A DNA stretch of 48,429 bases, taken from the NCBI GenBank assembly GCA_046331705.1, contig JAXLQJ010000054.1, forward strand, positions 1-48,429, in the 5' to 3' direction. The number at the start of each line of letters is the position of its first letter. Position 1 is the first letter of the stretch. This document shows, one piece after another, positions 1-10,579 of this stretch. The stretch is from a bacterium (GTDB lineage: Bacteria > JADJOY01). A program made the translations under genes and the position numbers. The notes below the pieces were generated by a model. The model was not told the DNA's origin and did not search any database. It saw only the letters and a list, made by a program, of their open reading frames with translations.

Positions 1-39
1 CAGCGCGCCGAGCACGCGCACCACGCGATGTCGCTTCAT
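1..39 (-). CDS. 5' end of a gene running off the window (MKRHRVVRVLGAL..., signal-peptide-like)
   Basis: ATG at 39-37 preceded by a GAGGAG RBS on the minus strand; basic then hydrophobic N-terminus; only 13 codons visible. Confidence 0.45.
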   Translation of the reverse strand, partial: MKRHRVVRVLGAL

Positions 40-197
40 GTCTGGCTCCTCTCGAATGGCGAATCCGAGGATTCGCGGCCACCTCGACGAACGACTCACG
101 TCGCTCGGCGAACGTTCGTGAAGCGTCACAGTGGATCGGCCTCGGCGTTTCCGGGATGATAGGCGCTCTTCGGCCCGGAGAAACATCGGAAGATCTC

Positions 198-1115
198 GTG
201 GAGAGCGTCCTGAGCGACGAAAAGGTTCACGCGCCACCGGCGCCCGAGCGGCGAACGCGTGGAGCCGCGCCGGCGATTGCGATCGCGAGCGTGGTGCTCG
301 CCATCGCGGCGCTGGGCTCGCTCGCGATTGCCCGCGTGAACGCGAGTCGTCGCGCCGCGGACGCGGTCACCGCCCACGCCGTGGGCGACGCGCGCCACAT
401 CGAGGTGAGCGCAGCGGCAGCGGACGCGCTGGCGCGCGAGCAAGCGCGGTCGAACGGCACCCAGCCGAGCGCCGAGCTTCGCGCCCTCGCCATTCGCGAT
501 CACGTCGATCGCGAGATCCTCTACCGCGAAGCGCAAGCGCTCGACCTGGGACGCGACGATCCCATCGTGAAGCGCCGCCTGATCCAGAAGATGGAAGCGC
601 TCATCGAAGCCGCCGTGCCCGACGACCCGCCCACCGACGCCGAGGTGAGCGCCTGGTTCTGGGCGCACAGCGCCGAGCTCGAGCAACCCACGCGCGTGAG
701 CCTCACTCACGTGTTCTTCCGTCGCGACCGGATCGACGGCGACCTCGAGCGCGTGGCGGCGGAAGCCATCGCGGCGCTCGAAGGCGGCGCCGCGCCGAGC
801 TCGATGGGCGATCCATTCGTGCGCGGCAGCACCTTCGCCGCGCGCAATCGCGACGAGCTGGCGGCGATCTTCGGCGCCGAGTTCGCCGCGCGCGTCCTCG
901 ATTCCCCCGAAAAGAAATGGGTGGGCCCAATCCCGTCGAGCTACGGCTGGCACCTGGTGCGCGTCGATGCGCGCGAGGGAGCGCGCCTGCCCGACATCGC
1001 CGAGGTCCGCCCCCGCGTCGTCGCGGCGCTCGTGAACGAGCGCCGCGAGCGCACCCGCCGCGAAACCCTGGATCGCCTACGCAGCCAATACGAGATCGTC
1101 ACCCCACCGGGATGA
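198..1115 (+). CDS. PpiC/parvulin-like peptidyl-prolyl isomerase (Rotamase_2 type), membrane-anchored
   Basis: Motifs EILYREAQALDLGRDDPIVKRRLIQKM, THVFF, GDPF and GPIPSSYGWHLVRV; N-terminal TM helix; start may be 156 or GTG 198. Confidence 0.85.
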   Translation: MESVLSDEKVHAPPAPERRTRGAAPAIAIASVVLAIAALGSLAIARVNASRRAADAVTAHAVGDARHIEVSAAAADALAREQARSNGTQPSAELRALAIRDHVDREILYREAQALDLGRDDPIVKRRLIQKMEALIEAAVPDDPPTDAEVSAWFWAHSAELEQPTRVSLTHVFFRRDRIDGDLERVAAEAIAALEGGAAPSSMGDPFVRGSTFAARNRDELAAIFGAEFAARVLDSPEKKWVGPIPSSYGWHLVRVDAREGARLPDIAEVRPRVVAALVNERRERTRRETLDRLRSQYEIVTPPG

Positions 1116-3082
1116 ATCGCATGCACAAGCTCACGGCGTCATGGCTGGTCGTCGCGGCGCTCACGATCTCCTGCGACAACGGCGGGAAATCGACGCGCGA
1201 GCAGGCGCCGCCCTTCGTGCGCACCGAGTCGCGGGAAGCGTGCAGCGACTACGACGCGCTCAAACGCCCGCTCTTCGGCGACCTGCACGTTCACACCGCG
1301 CTCTCGTTCGATTCCTACATCTGGGACAACCGCAATCTTCCCGAGGACGCGTATCGCTTCGGGCGCGGCGAGGCGATCCGCCTCGAGCCGCTCGACGCCG
1401 ATGGCCACGGCACCCGCGTGGTGCAGCTCGAGCGCCCGCTCGATTTCATGGCCGACACCGATCACGCCGACCTCTTCGCCGAGGTGCAGGCGTGTACGGA
1501 CCCACGTTCGCGCGTCTACGACAGCGACCGCTGTGTCGTGTTCCGCGAGGGCAGCACCTCGAGCACGGTGGCGTGGGGGATGTCGCTGGTACCCACGGCG
1601 CCCGAGCGCTTCCCGGCGGTGTGCGGCAAGAGTGGCATCGACTGCGCGGCGGCTGCGGGCGACGTGTGGGGCGGCGTGCAGCGCGCCGCCGAGCAGTACT
1701 ACGACCGCACCGCGTCCTGCCGGTTCACCACGTTCGTCGGCTACGAGTGGAGCGGCGCCAACAACCTCTCCAGCATCCATCGCAACGTGATCTTCCGGAA
1801 CGCCGAGGTGCCGGCGCTGCCGATCACCCACTTCGAGCAGCCACTGCCGGAGGGGCTGTGGAGCGCGCTCGAGGAGCAATGCCTCGACGCCGGCACCGGC
1901 TGCGACGTGCTGGCGATCCCGCACAACTCGAACCTCTCGAACGGGCGGCTCTTCTCGACCGACTACCTGGGGCTCACCGACATCGAGGACCAGCGCTCGC
2001 AGGCGCGCCGGCGGGCGCGGGTCGAGCCGCTGATGGAGGTGTTCCAGCACAAGGGCGAGAGCGAGTGCTCGACTCAGTTCCCGTTCCCCGGCTTGCAGGC
2101 CGGCCCGGACGAGCTCTGCGCCTTCGAGGAGCAGCGTCCGGTCGCGGACAATTGCGGAGAAGGCGAGGGCATCGGCGGCGTGATCGGGTCGGGCAATGGC
2201 TGTGTCTCGTACCGCGACTTCCTGCGGGGTGCGCTGTTGCGGGGGATGGCCGAGGAGATGCGCCTGGGCGTGAACCCGTTCCGTCTTGGCGTGATCGCGA
2301 GCACCGACACCCACAACGCCACGCCCGGCGCCGCCGAGGAAGACCGCTGGCAAGGGCACTCGGGCGACCAGGAGGACACACCCGTGAAGCGGCTCACGCC
2401 GGCGAGCCTGTTGCCGGGCGGCCTCGCCAACAACCCCGGTGGCCTCGCGGGCGTGTGGGCCGAAGAGAACTCACGCGACGCCGTCTTCGCGGCGCTCGCG
2501 CGGCGCGAGACGTTCGGGACCAGCGGCCCGCGAATCGCTCCACGCTTCTTCGGCGGCTGGAGATATGGCGGCGATCTCTGCGCCAACCCGGATCTGGTAC
2601 GCATCGGCTATCGCGACGGCGTCGCGATGGGCGGCGAGCTACCGAAGTCGCCCGGCGGGGCGAGCGCGCCCGTGTTCGTGGCCGCGGCGCTGCGCGACCC
2701 CGACCTCACCGATCGCCCCGGCACGCCGCTGCAACGCATCCAGATCGTGAAAGGCTGGATCGACGCCGACGGCACCCCGCACGAGCGAGTCTTCGACGTC
2801 GCCGGCAATGCCTCGAACGGTGCGAGCGTCGACCTCGATACCTGCGAGCCCCGCGGCACGGGATACGACGAGCTCTGCAGTGTGTGGAGCGACCCCACCT
2901 TCGAGCCGAGCCAGCACGCGTACTACTACGCGCGCGTCCTCGAGAACCCCACCTGCCGCTGGAGCACGCGCGAGTGCCTGGCGCTCGCCCCCGAGAGTCG
3001 GCCGCCCGCGTGCAGCGATCCGACGATCCCCAAGACGGGCCAAGAGCGCGCCTGGACCTCCCCGATCTGGTACGAGCCGTGA
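1112..3082 (+). CDS. DUF3604 family lipoprotein (PHP-like metal-dependent hydrolase fold)
   Basis: GDLHVHT, TDHA, TTFVGYEWS, HRNVIFR, IPHNSNLSNG, STDTH, RETFGTSGPRI, YYARVLENPTCRWS, QERAWTSPIWY; lipobox LTISC; ATGA overlap with upstream gene. Confidence 0.9.
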   Translation: MNRMHKLTASWLVVAALTISCDNGGKSTREQAPPFVRTESREACSDYDALKRPLFGDLHVHTALSFDSYIWDNRNLPEDAYRFGRGEAIRLEPLDADGHGTRVVQLERPLDFMADTDHADLFAEVQACTDPRSRVYDSDRCVVFREGSTSSTVAWGMSLVPTAPERFPAVCGKSGIDCAAAAGDVWGGVQRAAEQYYDRTASCRFTTFVGYEWSGANNLSSIHRNVIFRNAEVPALPITHFEQPLPEGLWSALEEQCLDAGTGCDVLAIPHNSNLSNGRLFSTDYLGLTDIEDQRSQARRRARVEPLMEVFQHKGESECSTQFPFPGLQAGPDELCAFEEQRPVADNCGEGEGIGGVIGSGNGCVSYRDFLRGALLRGMAEEMRLGVNPFRLGVIASTDTHNATPGAAEEDRWQGHSGDQEDTPVKRLTPASLLPGGLANNPGGLAGVWAEENSRDAVFAALARRETFGTSGPRIAPRFFGGWRYGGDLCANPDLVRIGYRDGVAMGGELPKSPGGASAPVFVAAALRDPDLTDRPGTPLQRIQIVKGWIDADGTPHERVFDVAGNASNGASVDLDTCEPRGTGYDELCSVWSDPTFEPSQHAYYYARVLENPTCRWSTRECLALAPESRPPACSDPTIPKTGQERAWTSPIWYEP

Positions 3083-3095
3083 GGCGGACTGGCGT

Positions 3096-5492
3096 TCAGT
3101 ACCAGCACCCCTGTGCCGCGGCGATGAAGGCCTGATCGTCGCCGTCGAGCGTGCCGTTGCGCTCGAGGTCGGCGCCGCCGCACCACGCGTTTCCCGCGCT
3201 GCACGGCGTGGAAACCGGCGGACCGTAGATCGCCCACGCCGCTTGGAAGAGCGCCGCGTCGGCGCCGTTCACCGTGTGGCTGGCGTCCAGATCCGGGCGC
3301 GCGCAGCCGAGGACGGCCCACGAGCAATCGAGCGCTTCGGGCGCAAGCGCGCAGAGCGGTGCCTCGCGGAGCAAGTCGACGCCACCGAAGACTTGGTGGC
3401 TCACGTTGGGGACCGCGTGGAACTGGCCGTCGGCGCCGACGGCTTCGTAATGATCGCCGGCGCGACGCAGCGGCGGGCCGTCGGGAAAGCGTGCGCGATA
3501 ACGATCCTGATTCCACGGATGCGCGCCCGCCAGCTCGGCGTCGATGTTCGCCTGGATTTGCGCGTCGGTGAGCAGGCTCCATGGCGCGGAGTCGCCGCGC
3601 GCCAGCACCCCTTCGTACGCCTGCGCGTCCTGCAAGCCGGGGCCGAAATCGCCGACGGCGTAGCTCGCGCCACCCACACCGAACGGCAGCGCGACCATCG
3701 CGGCTTGGTAGAGCTGACGACTGGCCCACGATGCTTCGCCGGGATTCCCGCCGGCACCGCTCGCCCAGTCGAGGATCGCACGGGCCACGCGGCGGTGCAC
3801 CTCGGCGATCTGGTCGAGCGTCGCTCGAGCCGCGGCATCCACCGACGCATTCTCCGTCTGACGGGCGTAATAGACGAGCACGCGGGTGCTGCGCTCCGGC
3901 TGCTCGAGCGCGTCCACGAGCTGATGGAAGATCGGCAGCCAAGCGTTCGCGTCGGCCGTCAGGAGATCGTCCAGCACGTCGAAGACCGGGGTGCCGTTCA
4001 CCTCGAGGCGCAGCAGATCGCCCCAGCTCAGACCGAAATACGCGTCGTCGAGGTGCGCGCAGCTCGGCACGATCGCCGGCGGCGGCAAGCCGAGCAGATC
4101 GAAGATGATCTCGAGCAAGAGCAAGTCGTACGAGCCGGGCACCTGGACGATCTCGACCGGCGAACGAAGCCCAGCGCTCGAAAGCGCCTTGGCCATGTAC
4201 GACATCTGGCACGAGTTCATCGAGCCCAGGTCCTGGTCTTCGGTGCTGCCGTCGGGCCGTACCGCACCGGCGACGATGAGCTGATCGTACGGAGTGGTCT
4301 CGCCGACGGTCATGAGGTTGTAACCGTGGCCGACCACGGCATCGCCGACCTGGGCGCCGACGGCGGCGGCGCGCGCGCACGAGCCGCGCAGATTCGCGTC
4401 GACGGTCGTGTCCGCCGCGCACTCGCGCGCCGCGAGGTAGCCGATGGCGTGGTCCGGGAAGTTGTCGCGGGAATCGTGATTGCCCCAGAAATAGCCCGCG
4501 TACGTGCCGAGCTGGCTCACCATGAACGACGAGCAGCAATCGGAGACGCGCAGGAAGCTCGGCAATCCGGAGAACACGAACGTGAGCGCGTACGATCCCA
4601 TCGCGAAGAGCGGCTCGGCGGTGAAGTAGGTCTCGGTGGGATCGACGCGATAGGTGAAACGACCATCGCCGAAGAACGCGGACGCGATCTCGCTCTCGAG
4701 CGCGGGCGAGAAGCTCTCGCCAGGGTCCACCTCGTGCCCGTCGTGCGTGCGTGAGACGGTGCCGCCACCGGCGCCGTCGATGGTGAGCGTCCAGCCCGGC
4801 TGCCACTCCCGGGAGGTGATCCCGGGATGGCCCGATGCGCTGCCGCCGATCACCATCCCCTCGAACATCCGCATCAACGTGAGCGCCAGCTCGCGGGTGC
4901 GGAAGACCTTGTACGCCTGCCACGCGTTGAAGGCGCTCTGGCCGATCTCGTTGTTGTCCTTGGGATGGGCCTCGATCTCCCAATCGTCGCCGTGGCGTGC
5001 CACGAACGTGGCGCCGAGGGTCATCGCGGGCACGGCATCGTCGATCAGCAGATAGCGATTGTGCGACCGCACCACCCGGCGCACGCGTTCGCTGTAGAAG
5101 AGCTGGAACGCATCGGCCTTCGCGGACGCGTTCTCCCACGGCTCGGGCGCCGTGTAGATCGTGTGGCCGAAGCTCGGCGACGCGAGCACTCCCACCTTCA
5201 CGATCAGGTCGTAGGTGCCCACCGGCTTCGGATCCGGCAGCTGGGCGACGATCTCCGTGGCGCTTCGCGAGACCACCGTCAGCGGCGCGCCGTCGTAGAG
5301 GACCGTGAACGTGTTGCCGTCACCCTCGACGCCGAGGTTGGCGCCATGAATCGTCACGGTCGCGCCGGCCGCCGCCGGATTCGGCTCCACCGAATCCACC
5401 GAGGGTGCGCAACCCGTTGCCACCGCGATCGCGCAGACCATCGCCACCGAGGCCGCGAGCCGCTGGCCCCTCGAACCGCACTTCACACGCAT
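3096..5492 (-). CDS. Secreted lipoprotein with N-terminal IPT/TIG domain, unknown central domain and C-terminal dockerin/EF-hand-like pair
   Basis: Lipobox ATGC; PSVDSVEPNPAAAGATVTIHGANLG (IPT/TIG); DLDASHTVNGAD and DLERNGTLDGDD Ca-binding-like repeats. Confidence 0.75.
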   Translation of the reverse strand: MRVKCGSRGQRLAASVAMVCAIAVATGCAPSVDSVEPNPAAAGATVTIHGANLGVEGDGNTFTVLYDGAPLTVVSRSATEIVAQLPDPKPVGTYDLIVKVGVLASPSFGHTIYTAPEPWENASAKADAFQLFYSERVRRVVRSHNRYLLIDDAVPAMTLGATFVARHGDDWEIEAHPKDNNEIGQSAFNAWQAYKVFRTRELALTLMRMFEGMVIGGSASGHPGITSREWQPGWTLTIDGAGGGTVSRTHDGHEVDPGESFSPALESEIASAFFGDGRFTYRVDPTETYFTAEPLFAMGSYALTFVFSGLPSFLRVSDCCSSFMVSQLGTYAGYFWGNHDSRDNFPDHAIGYLAARECAADTTVDANLRGSCARAAAVGAQVGDAVVGHGYNLMTVGETTPYDQLIVAGAVRPDGSTEDQDLGSMNSCQMSYMAKALSSAGLRSPVEIVQVPGSYDLLLLEIIFDLLGLPPPAIVPSCAHLDDAYFGLSWGDLLRLEVNGTPVFDVLDDLLTADANAWLPIFHQLVDALEQPERSTRVLVYYARQTENASVDAAARATLDQIAEVHRRVARAILDWASGAGGNPGEASWASRQLYQAAMVALPFGVGGASYAVGDFGPGLQDAQAYEGVLARGDSAPWSLLTDAQIQANIDAELAGAHPWNQDRYRARFPDGPPLRRAGDHYEAVGADGQFHAVPNVSHQVFGGVDLLREAPLCALAPEALDCSWAVLGCARPDLDASHTVNGADAALFQAAWAIYGPPVSTPCSAGNAWCGGADLERNGTLDGDDQAFIAAAQGCWY

Positions 5493-5677
5493 CGCATCCC
5501 CCGGACGAAGAAGACGGGATCGAGCCGCCCCCGTCGCTCGATGCTACCGACCGCCTCGCGAACGGCGCAACGCAGAGCGCTCGAGCGAACCGGTCCTCGA
5601 CTCGCTTCACGCGCGCGGCGCGATGCAGCGCTCGCGCCAAGCTGGCCCCACGCAGATCGGCACGGTCGACCGCGACG

Positions 5678-7906
5678 TCACGCGCCGACCGCAGCGGTCG
5701 CAGGCATCCCCGACCACGAATCGGGAGCGAGTGGGCCGGCGGCGGGGGTGACGTCGACGACGAAGCCCGTGAGGTGCGCCATGCCGGAGACGCGCTCGAT
5801 GCGCTCCGGCCCGTCGGCGGCGAGCAGGTTCACGTTCACGCCGGTGGTCTTGCTGGCCACGCCGAGCCCCACGGCGTGCTGGTGCCCCCAGCCGTGCGGC
5901 AACGCGACGGTGCCAGGCATGAGATCGGCCAGGAGTCGAACCGGCACGCGCACCGCGGCGATGTCGGTTCGCACGTCCGCGAGCGCTCCGTCGGCGAGCC
6001 CCAGGCGCGCGGCGTCGTCGGGGTGAACGTAGAGGTAGTTCGTGTGCTTTCCGTCCGCCACGAATTTCTCGTAGTTGTGGGTCCACGAGTTGTGGGTGTG
6101 GACGGCGCGCTTGGTGATGAGCTTGAGACGCAGGGCGTCCGCGCGCTCGCGCTCGAACGCGGCGTCGAGCTTCGCCGCGGCGGCCAGGAGAGCCGGTGGC
6201 GCCAGGTGCACCTTGCCGTCGTCGGTGACGACGCGGCGTCCGAGGAACGCTTCCTGCGCGTGATCGGGACGCAACACGCCGTGACGCGCAGCGAGGAGAC
6301 GCCGGAAGCCCCCGCTTCCGGTGGCGCGCAGCAACAGCGATAGAAGCGTCTCCTGCGGCAGCGCTCGCCGCCCGCCCACCAGCCACGTGCGCACGCGGGT
6401 CAGCGCCTCGAGGGCGAGCTGTGCGATCCGCGAGCCGAACAAGCTCACGCCCGCAGCCCCGCAGAGATCGAGGTAGATGGTCGGCTCGTCTCGCACGTCA
6501 GCGGGCGCGGCGAGCACGGGACGCGTGGCCTGAAGGTACGGCTTGCGCTGCAGGCCCAAGAGCAGCGGGAACAGGAATGGCAGGTCGGGACGTTCGAGCG
6601 GCGTCGTGCACGGCAAGACGTAATGCGCCAACGAGCCGGTCTCGTTGCGAAACAGATCGAGCGTGACGAGGAGCTCGAGCTTCTCGAACGCGCTGCGCAG
6701 GCGGCCCGCGTTCGCCATCGTGAGGAGTGGGTTGCCGCCGGTGACGAAGAGCGCGCGAATCTGCTTCGGCCCCGGAGTGAGAATCTCGTCCGCGAGGATG
6801 CCGCCCGGGAACGCGTCGTTCACCGACGCGAAGTCTCCGATGCGCGAGCGGTCCGTCCGGAGCAACGCACCGGTCTTCTTGCCGAACGCGGGGAAGTCGA
6901 CGACGCCCAGGCCCACCAGCGTCCCACCGTGCCGGTCCAGGTTCCCGGAGACGGCGTTGATCGCTTCCTGGAGCCAGAAGCCGAGCGAGCCGTGCCCGCC
7001 CATGTTCACACCGGTCGAGCTGTAGAGCGCAGCGCCGCGGGCGCTGGCGTAGGCGGTCACCATCTCACGGAGCTTGGCGGGGGTGATCTTCGTCGCCTCG
7101 CAGGCGCGCTCGGCGGGCCACGGCTCGGCGACGCGCGCGAGCTCGTCGAAGCCGGTCATGTGGCGTGCGACACGCTCGCGATCGACTCCGCCGATCCGCA
7201 GCAGCTCGTGCAGGAAGGAGAGATAGAAGAAGACGTCGGCGCCCGGGCGGATGAACACGTGCTCGCCGGCGACCTTCGCGGTTTCCGTGCGGCGCGGATC
7301 GACCACGAAGACCTTGGCGCCGCGCGCGCGCAAGTCCTTGAGCTCGCGCACCGGATTCGGCACCTGCAGGAAGCTCCATTTCGACACGACCGGGTTGGCG
7401 CCCACGATGACGAGGCAGTCGACGTGGGCGAGGTCGGGAAACGGCTGCGTGAACGGGAATCCGTACATGTGGTGCGCCACCGCGAACTTGTTGGCGCAGT
7501 CCTGCGTGGCCGACGAGAAGACGCTCTTCGAGCCGAGCCCGGTCATGAAGCCCTGGGCGAAGATCGGATGGAGCACGCCGAAGCCCGCGGCGGTGCCAAC
7601 GTACATCGCGATGGAATCGGGGCCGTGCTGCGCGCGGATCGAGCGCACGCGCGCGCCGATGTCGCCGAGCGCCTCGTCCCAGCTCACATCCGTCCAGGCG
7701 CTGCCGGAGCGCTTGGCGGGCCGCAGCACGCGATCCGGCGACGCGAAGAGATGGTGCTGCTCGAGTCCCTTCACGCACGCGAACCCGCGCGTCGCGACGT
7801 GCGCGTCGTCGGGTGCGATGTCGGAGATGCGGCCGTCCGCGATCGTGACTTCGAGACCGCACAGCGATTCGCAGATGCGACAGAAGGTGGTCGTCGTGGT
7901 GGGCAT
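5678..7906 (-). CDS. Molybdopterin-dependent oxidoreductase (bis-MGD family) with N-terminal 4Fe-4S motif
   Basis: CRICESLCG...CVKG, GANPVVS, VVDPRRTETA, TGGNP, DLFRNET and C-terminal VHPDDAARLGL...PHGWGH; GAGGAG RBS before ATG 7906. Confidence 0.92.
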   Translation of the reverse strand: MPTTTTTFCRICESLCGLEVTIADGRISDIAPDDAHVATRGFACVKGLEQHHLFASPDRVLRPAKRSGSAWTDVSWDEALGDIGARVRSIRAQHGPDSIAMYVGTAAGFGVLHPIFAQGFMTGLGSKSVFSSATQDCANKFAVAHHMYGFPFTQPFPDLAHVDCLVIVGANPVVSKWSFLQVPNPVRELKDLRARGAKVFVVDPRRTETAKVAGEHVFIRPGADVFFYLSFLHELLRIGGVDRERVARHMTGFDELARVAEPWPAERACEATKITPAKLREMVTAYASARGAALYSSTGVNMGGHGSLGFWLQEAINAVSGNLDRHGGTLVGLGVVDFPAFGKKTGALLRTDRSRIGDFASVNDAFPGGILADEILTPGPKQIRALFVTGGNPLLTMANAGRLRSAFEKLELLVTLDLFRNETGSLAHYVLPCTTPLERPDLPFLFPLLLGLQRKPYLQATRPVLAAPADVRDEPTIYLDLCGAAGVSLFGSRIAQLALEALTRVRTWLVGGRRALPQETLLSLLLRATGSGGFRRLLAARHGVLRPDHAQEAFLGRRVVTDDGKVHLAPPALLAAAAKLDAAFERERADALRLKLITKRAVHTHNSWTHNYEKFVADGKHTNYLYVHPDDAARLGLADGALADVRTDIAAVRVPVRLLADLMPGTVALPHGWGHQHAVGLGVASKTTGVNVNLLAADGPERIERVSGMAHLTGFVVDVTPAAGPLAPDSWSGMPATAAVGA

Positions 7907-8061
7907 CGCTCCTCGCATCCCGTGCCCGGGACTCGGGCCAGGGTACTGCGCCGAGGTCGCGGACCGATACCCTTTCGATTCGTGCGCGGCGCGTGCGCGG
8001 CGCGTCCGCGACTCGTCCGCGGTTGCCGGGCTTCGCGGGTGGGTGGCACCCTCCGCCGACG

Positions 8062-9090
8062 ATGAAGGTGCTGGCGATCGAGACGAGTTGCGACGAGACC
8101 GCTGCCGCGGTGATCGGCGACGACGGCCGCACGCTGCTCGCGAACGTGGTCGAGAGCCAGATCGCCGCGCACCAGCCGTACGGTGGCGTGGTGCCGGAGA
8201 TCGCGGGACGCCGTCACGTGGAGAGCGTTCGCCCCGTGGTGGAGCGCGCCCTCGCCGAGGCGAGCCTCGGCCTCGACGACATCGGCGGGATCGCGGTGAC
8301 GCGCGGTCCAGGGCTGGTGGGCTCGCTCTTGGTCGGCATCCACTTCGCCAAGGCGCTGGCGTGGGCGCGCGGGCTGCCGCTCGTCGGCGTGCACCACGTG
8401 GAAGGGCACCTGCTGGCGCCGCTGCTCGAGCACCCCGACGACGCGGTCTTCCCCGCCGTCGCGCTCATCGTTTCCGGCGGGCACACCTCGCTCTTCCACG
8501 CGGAGCGCTTCGGCCGCTATCGCCGACTCGGCCGCACGCTCGACGACGCGGCGGGCGAGGCGTTCGACAAGGTCGCGCGGCTGATCGGCCTCGGTTATCC
8601 CGGCGGGCCCGCGGTCCAGCGCGCCGCCGAGGGCGGCGATCCGGAGGCGTTCCGCTTCCCCCGCCCCACCGTCGATCGCGCGCATCTCGACTTTTCCTTC
8701 AGCGGCCTCAAGACCGCGGTGCTCACGGTCACCCGTGAGCTCGGCCCGGAAGCCATCGAGGCGCGGCGCGCCGACCTCGCCGCCTCGTTCCAGGCGGCGG
8801 TGGTGGACGTGCTGGTCGCGAAGACGCTCGCGGCGCTCGAGCGCACCGGAGCGCAGCGGGTGATCCTCTCCGGCGGCGTCGCCGCCAACGGGCCGCTGCG
8901 CGCGCGCTTTCGCCACGAAGCCGAGGCGCGCGGCTTCGGCGTGCTGATCCCGCCGATGCGCTTCTGCACCGACAACGCGGCGATGATCGGAGTCGCGGGC
9001 GCGCGGCGGCTCGCGGCGGGCCAGGTCGACGCGCTCGATTTCGACGCCGAGTCCACACTACCCATGCCCGAGGAGGTCGCTTGCGCGTGA
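8062..9090 (+). CDS. tsaD: tRNA N6-adenosine threonylcarbamoyltransferase
   Basis: LAIETSCDET, GGVVPEIA, GPGLVGSL, HHVEGH, VSGGHT, TLDDAAGEAFDK, FSFSGLKTA, CTDNAAMI. Confidence 0.97.
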   Translation: MKVLAIETSCDETAAAVIGDDGRTLLANVVESQIAAHQPYGGVVPEIAGRRHVESVRPVVERALAEASLGLDDIGGIAVTRGPGLVGSLLVGIHFAKALAWARGLPLVGVHHVEGHLLAPLLEHPDDAVFPAVALIVSGGHTSLFHAERFGRYRRLGRTLDDAAGEAFDKVARLIGLGYPGGPAVQRAAEGGDPEAFRFPRPTVDRAHLDFSFSGLKTAVLTVTRELGPEAIEARRADLAASFQAAVVDVLVAKTLAALERTGAQRVILSGGVAANGPLRARFRHEAEARGFGVLIPPMRFCTDNAAMIGVAGARRLAAGQVDALDFDAESTLPMPEEVACA

Positions 9091-9932
9091 GCTCGCGTCG
9101 TCGTCACGATCGTTGGAGCGCGCTGGTTCCGTCCCTGCTCGCGGGCGTGCTCGTCGCCGGGTGCGGCACGAATTTCGAGAACAACCCCCCGAGCACCGAC
9201 CTCGACGTCTCGGGTAGCGAGCTACGCCTCGGCGGGCTGTTGTGGGATACGTGGTGGATCCCCACCGGCGCGGCGGAGCCCACCGAGACCTTTCCGCTCT
9301 ACGCCGACACCCATGGGACGCAGACCGGCTCGACCACCTGGCGCTGCCAGGAATGCCACGGCTGGGATTACGCCGGCTCGGAAGGCGCGTACGCGACGGG
9401 TCCGCATTTCACAGGCGTTGCCGGCGTGATCGATCGCGCCGCCGGACGCAGCAACCAGGAGCTCTTCGACGCCATCAAGAGCGGCACCCCACCCGCCTCG
9501 GGCGGGTCGGCGCTCAGCGGAAGCAATCACGCGTTCACGGACCACCTGAACGACAACCAGATCGCCTCGCTGGTGCGGTTGCTGCGCGAAGGATTGGTGG
9601 ACACCCGCGAGGTGATCGCGCCGGACGGCCGGGCGACCGGCGACGCGCGCAACGGCGCGGCGCTCTACGCGGCCACGACCTCGAGCGCGACACCCCACGT
9701 CGGACAGTGCGCGCTCTGCCACGGCAACGACGGCAAGGCGCTCGACTTGGGAGACGCGGGCGCGCCGGCGTTCGTGGGCACCCGCGCGACGAGCGAGCCG
9801 TGGCAGACCTTGCACCAGATTCGCTGGGGCGTTCCCGGCACGGCGATGCCGAGCGCGATCGAGAACGACGTCACCACGCTCGCCGCGCAAGGCGACCTGC
9901 TGGCCTATGCGCAGACGCTTCCCGCGCAGTGA
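9087..9932 (+). CDS. Diheme c-type cytochrome lipoprotein
   Basis: Two CxxCH motifs (CQECH, CALCH), distal PGTAMP Met, lipobox VAGC; GTGA overlap with the tsaD stop. Confidence 0.85.
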   Translation: MSSRRRHDRWSALVPSLLAGVLVAGCGTNFENNPPSTDLDVSGSELRLGGLLWDTWWIPTGAAEPTETFPLYADTHGTQTGSTTWRCQECHGWDYAGSEGAYATGPHFTGVAGVIDRAAGRSNQELFDAIKSGTPPASGGSALSGSNHAFTDHLNDNQIASLVRLLREGLVDTREVIAPDGRATGDARNGAALYAATTSSATPHVGQCALCHGNDGKALDLGDAGAPAFVGTRATSEPWQTLHQIRWGVPGTAMPSAIENDVTTLAAQGDLLAYAQTLPAQ

Positions 9933-9987
9933 GCCCGTCCGGGCGCGCCACCCCGCGGCGCCGACGTAAACGACACACGGTGTCGTC

Positions 9988-10015
9988 TTGACAGGACTTG
10001 CCCGAACGCTATTCT
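9988..10015 (+). promoter_or_regulatory. Putative sigma-70 promoter of rubrerythrin
   Basis: TTGACA (9988-9993), 16 nt spacer, TATTCT (10010-10015); small hairpin ACGACAC-ACG-GTGTCGT just upstream. Confidence 0.6.
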
Positions 10016-10076
10016 CACGCTCAATCCTTCTCACCAACGACACCTCACTCGCTCGAGTGAGCCAAGGGGACATGCA

Positions 10077-10496
<420 letters not shown>

Positions 10497-10522
10497 GTCG
10501 CGCCCCCACGCGGGTGGACGCG

Positions 10523-10550
10523 AGCGGGATGGCGGAGACGCCATCCCGCT
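10523..10550. terminator. Strong hairpin between convergent genes, likely terminator
   Basis: 12-bp perfect stem AGCGGGATGGCG/CGCCATCCCGCT with GAGA loop; poor U-tract. Confidence 0.55.
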
Positions 10551-10579
10551 TCGCATTGGTGCGCAGCGCGTCGGCGCCG

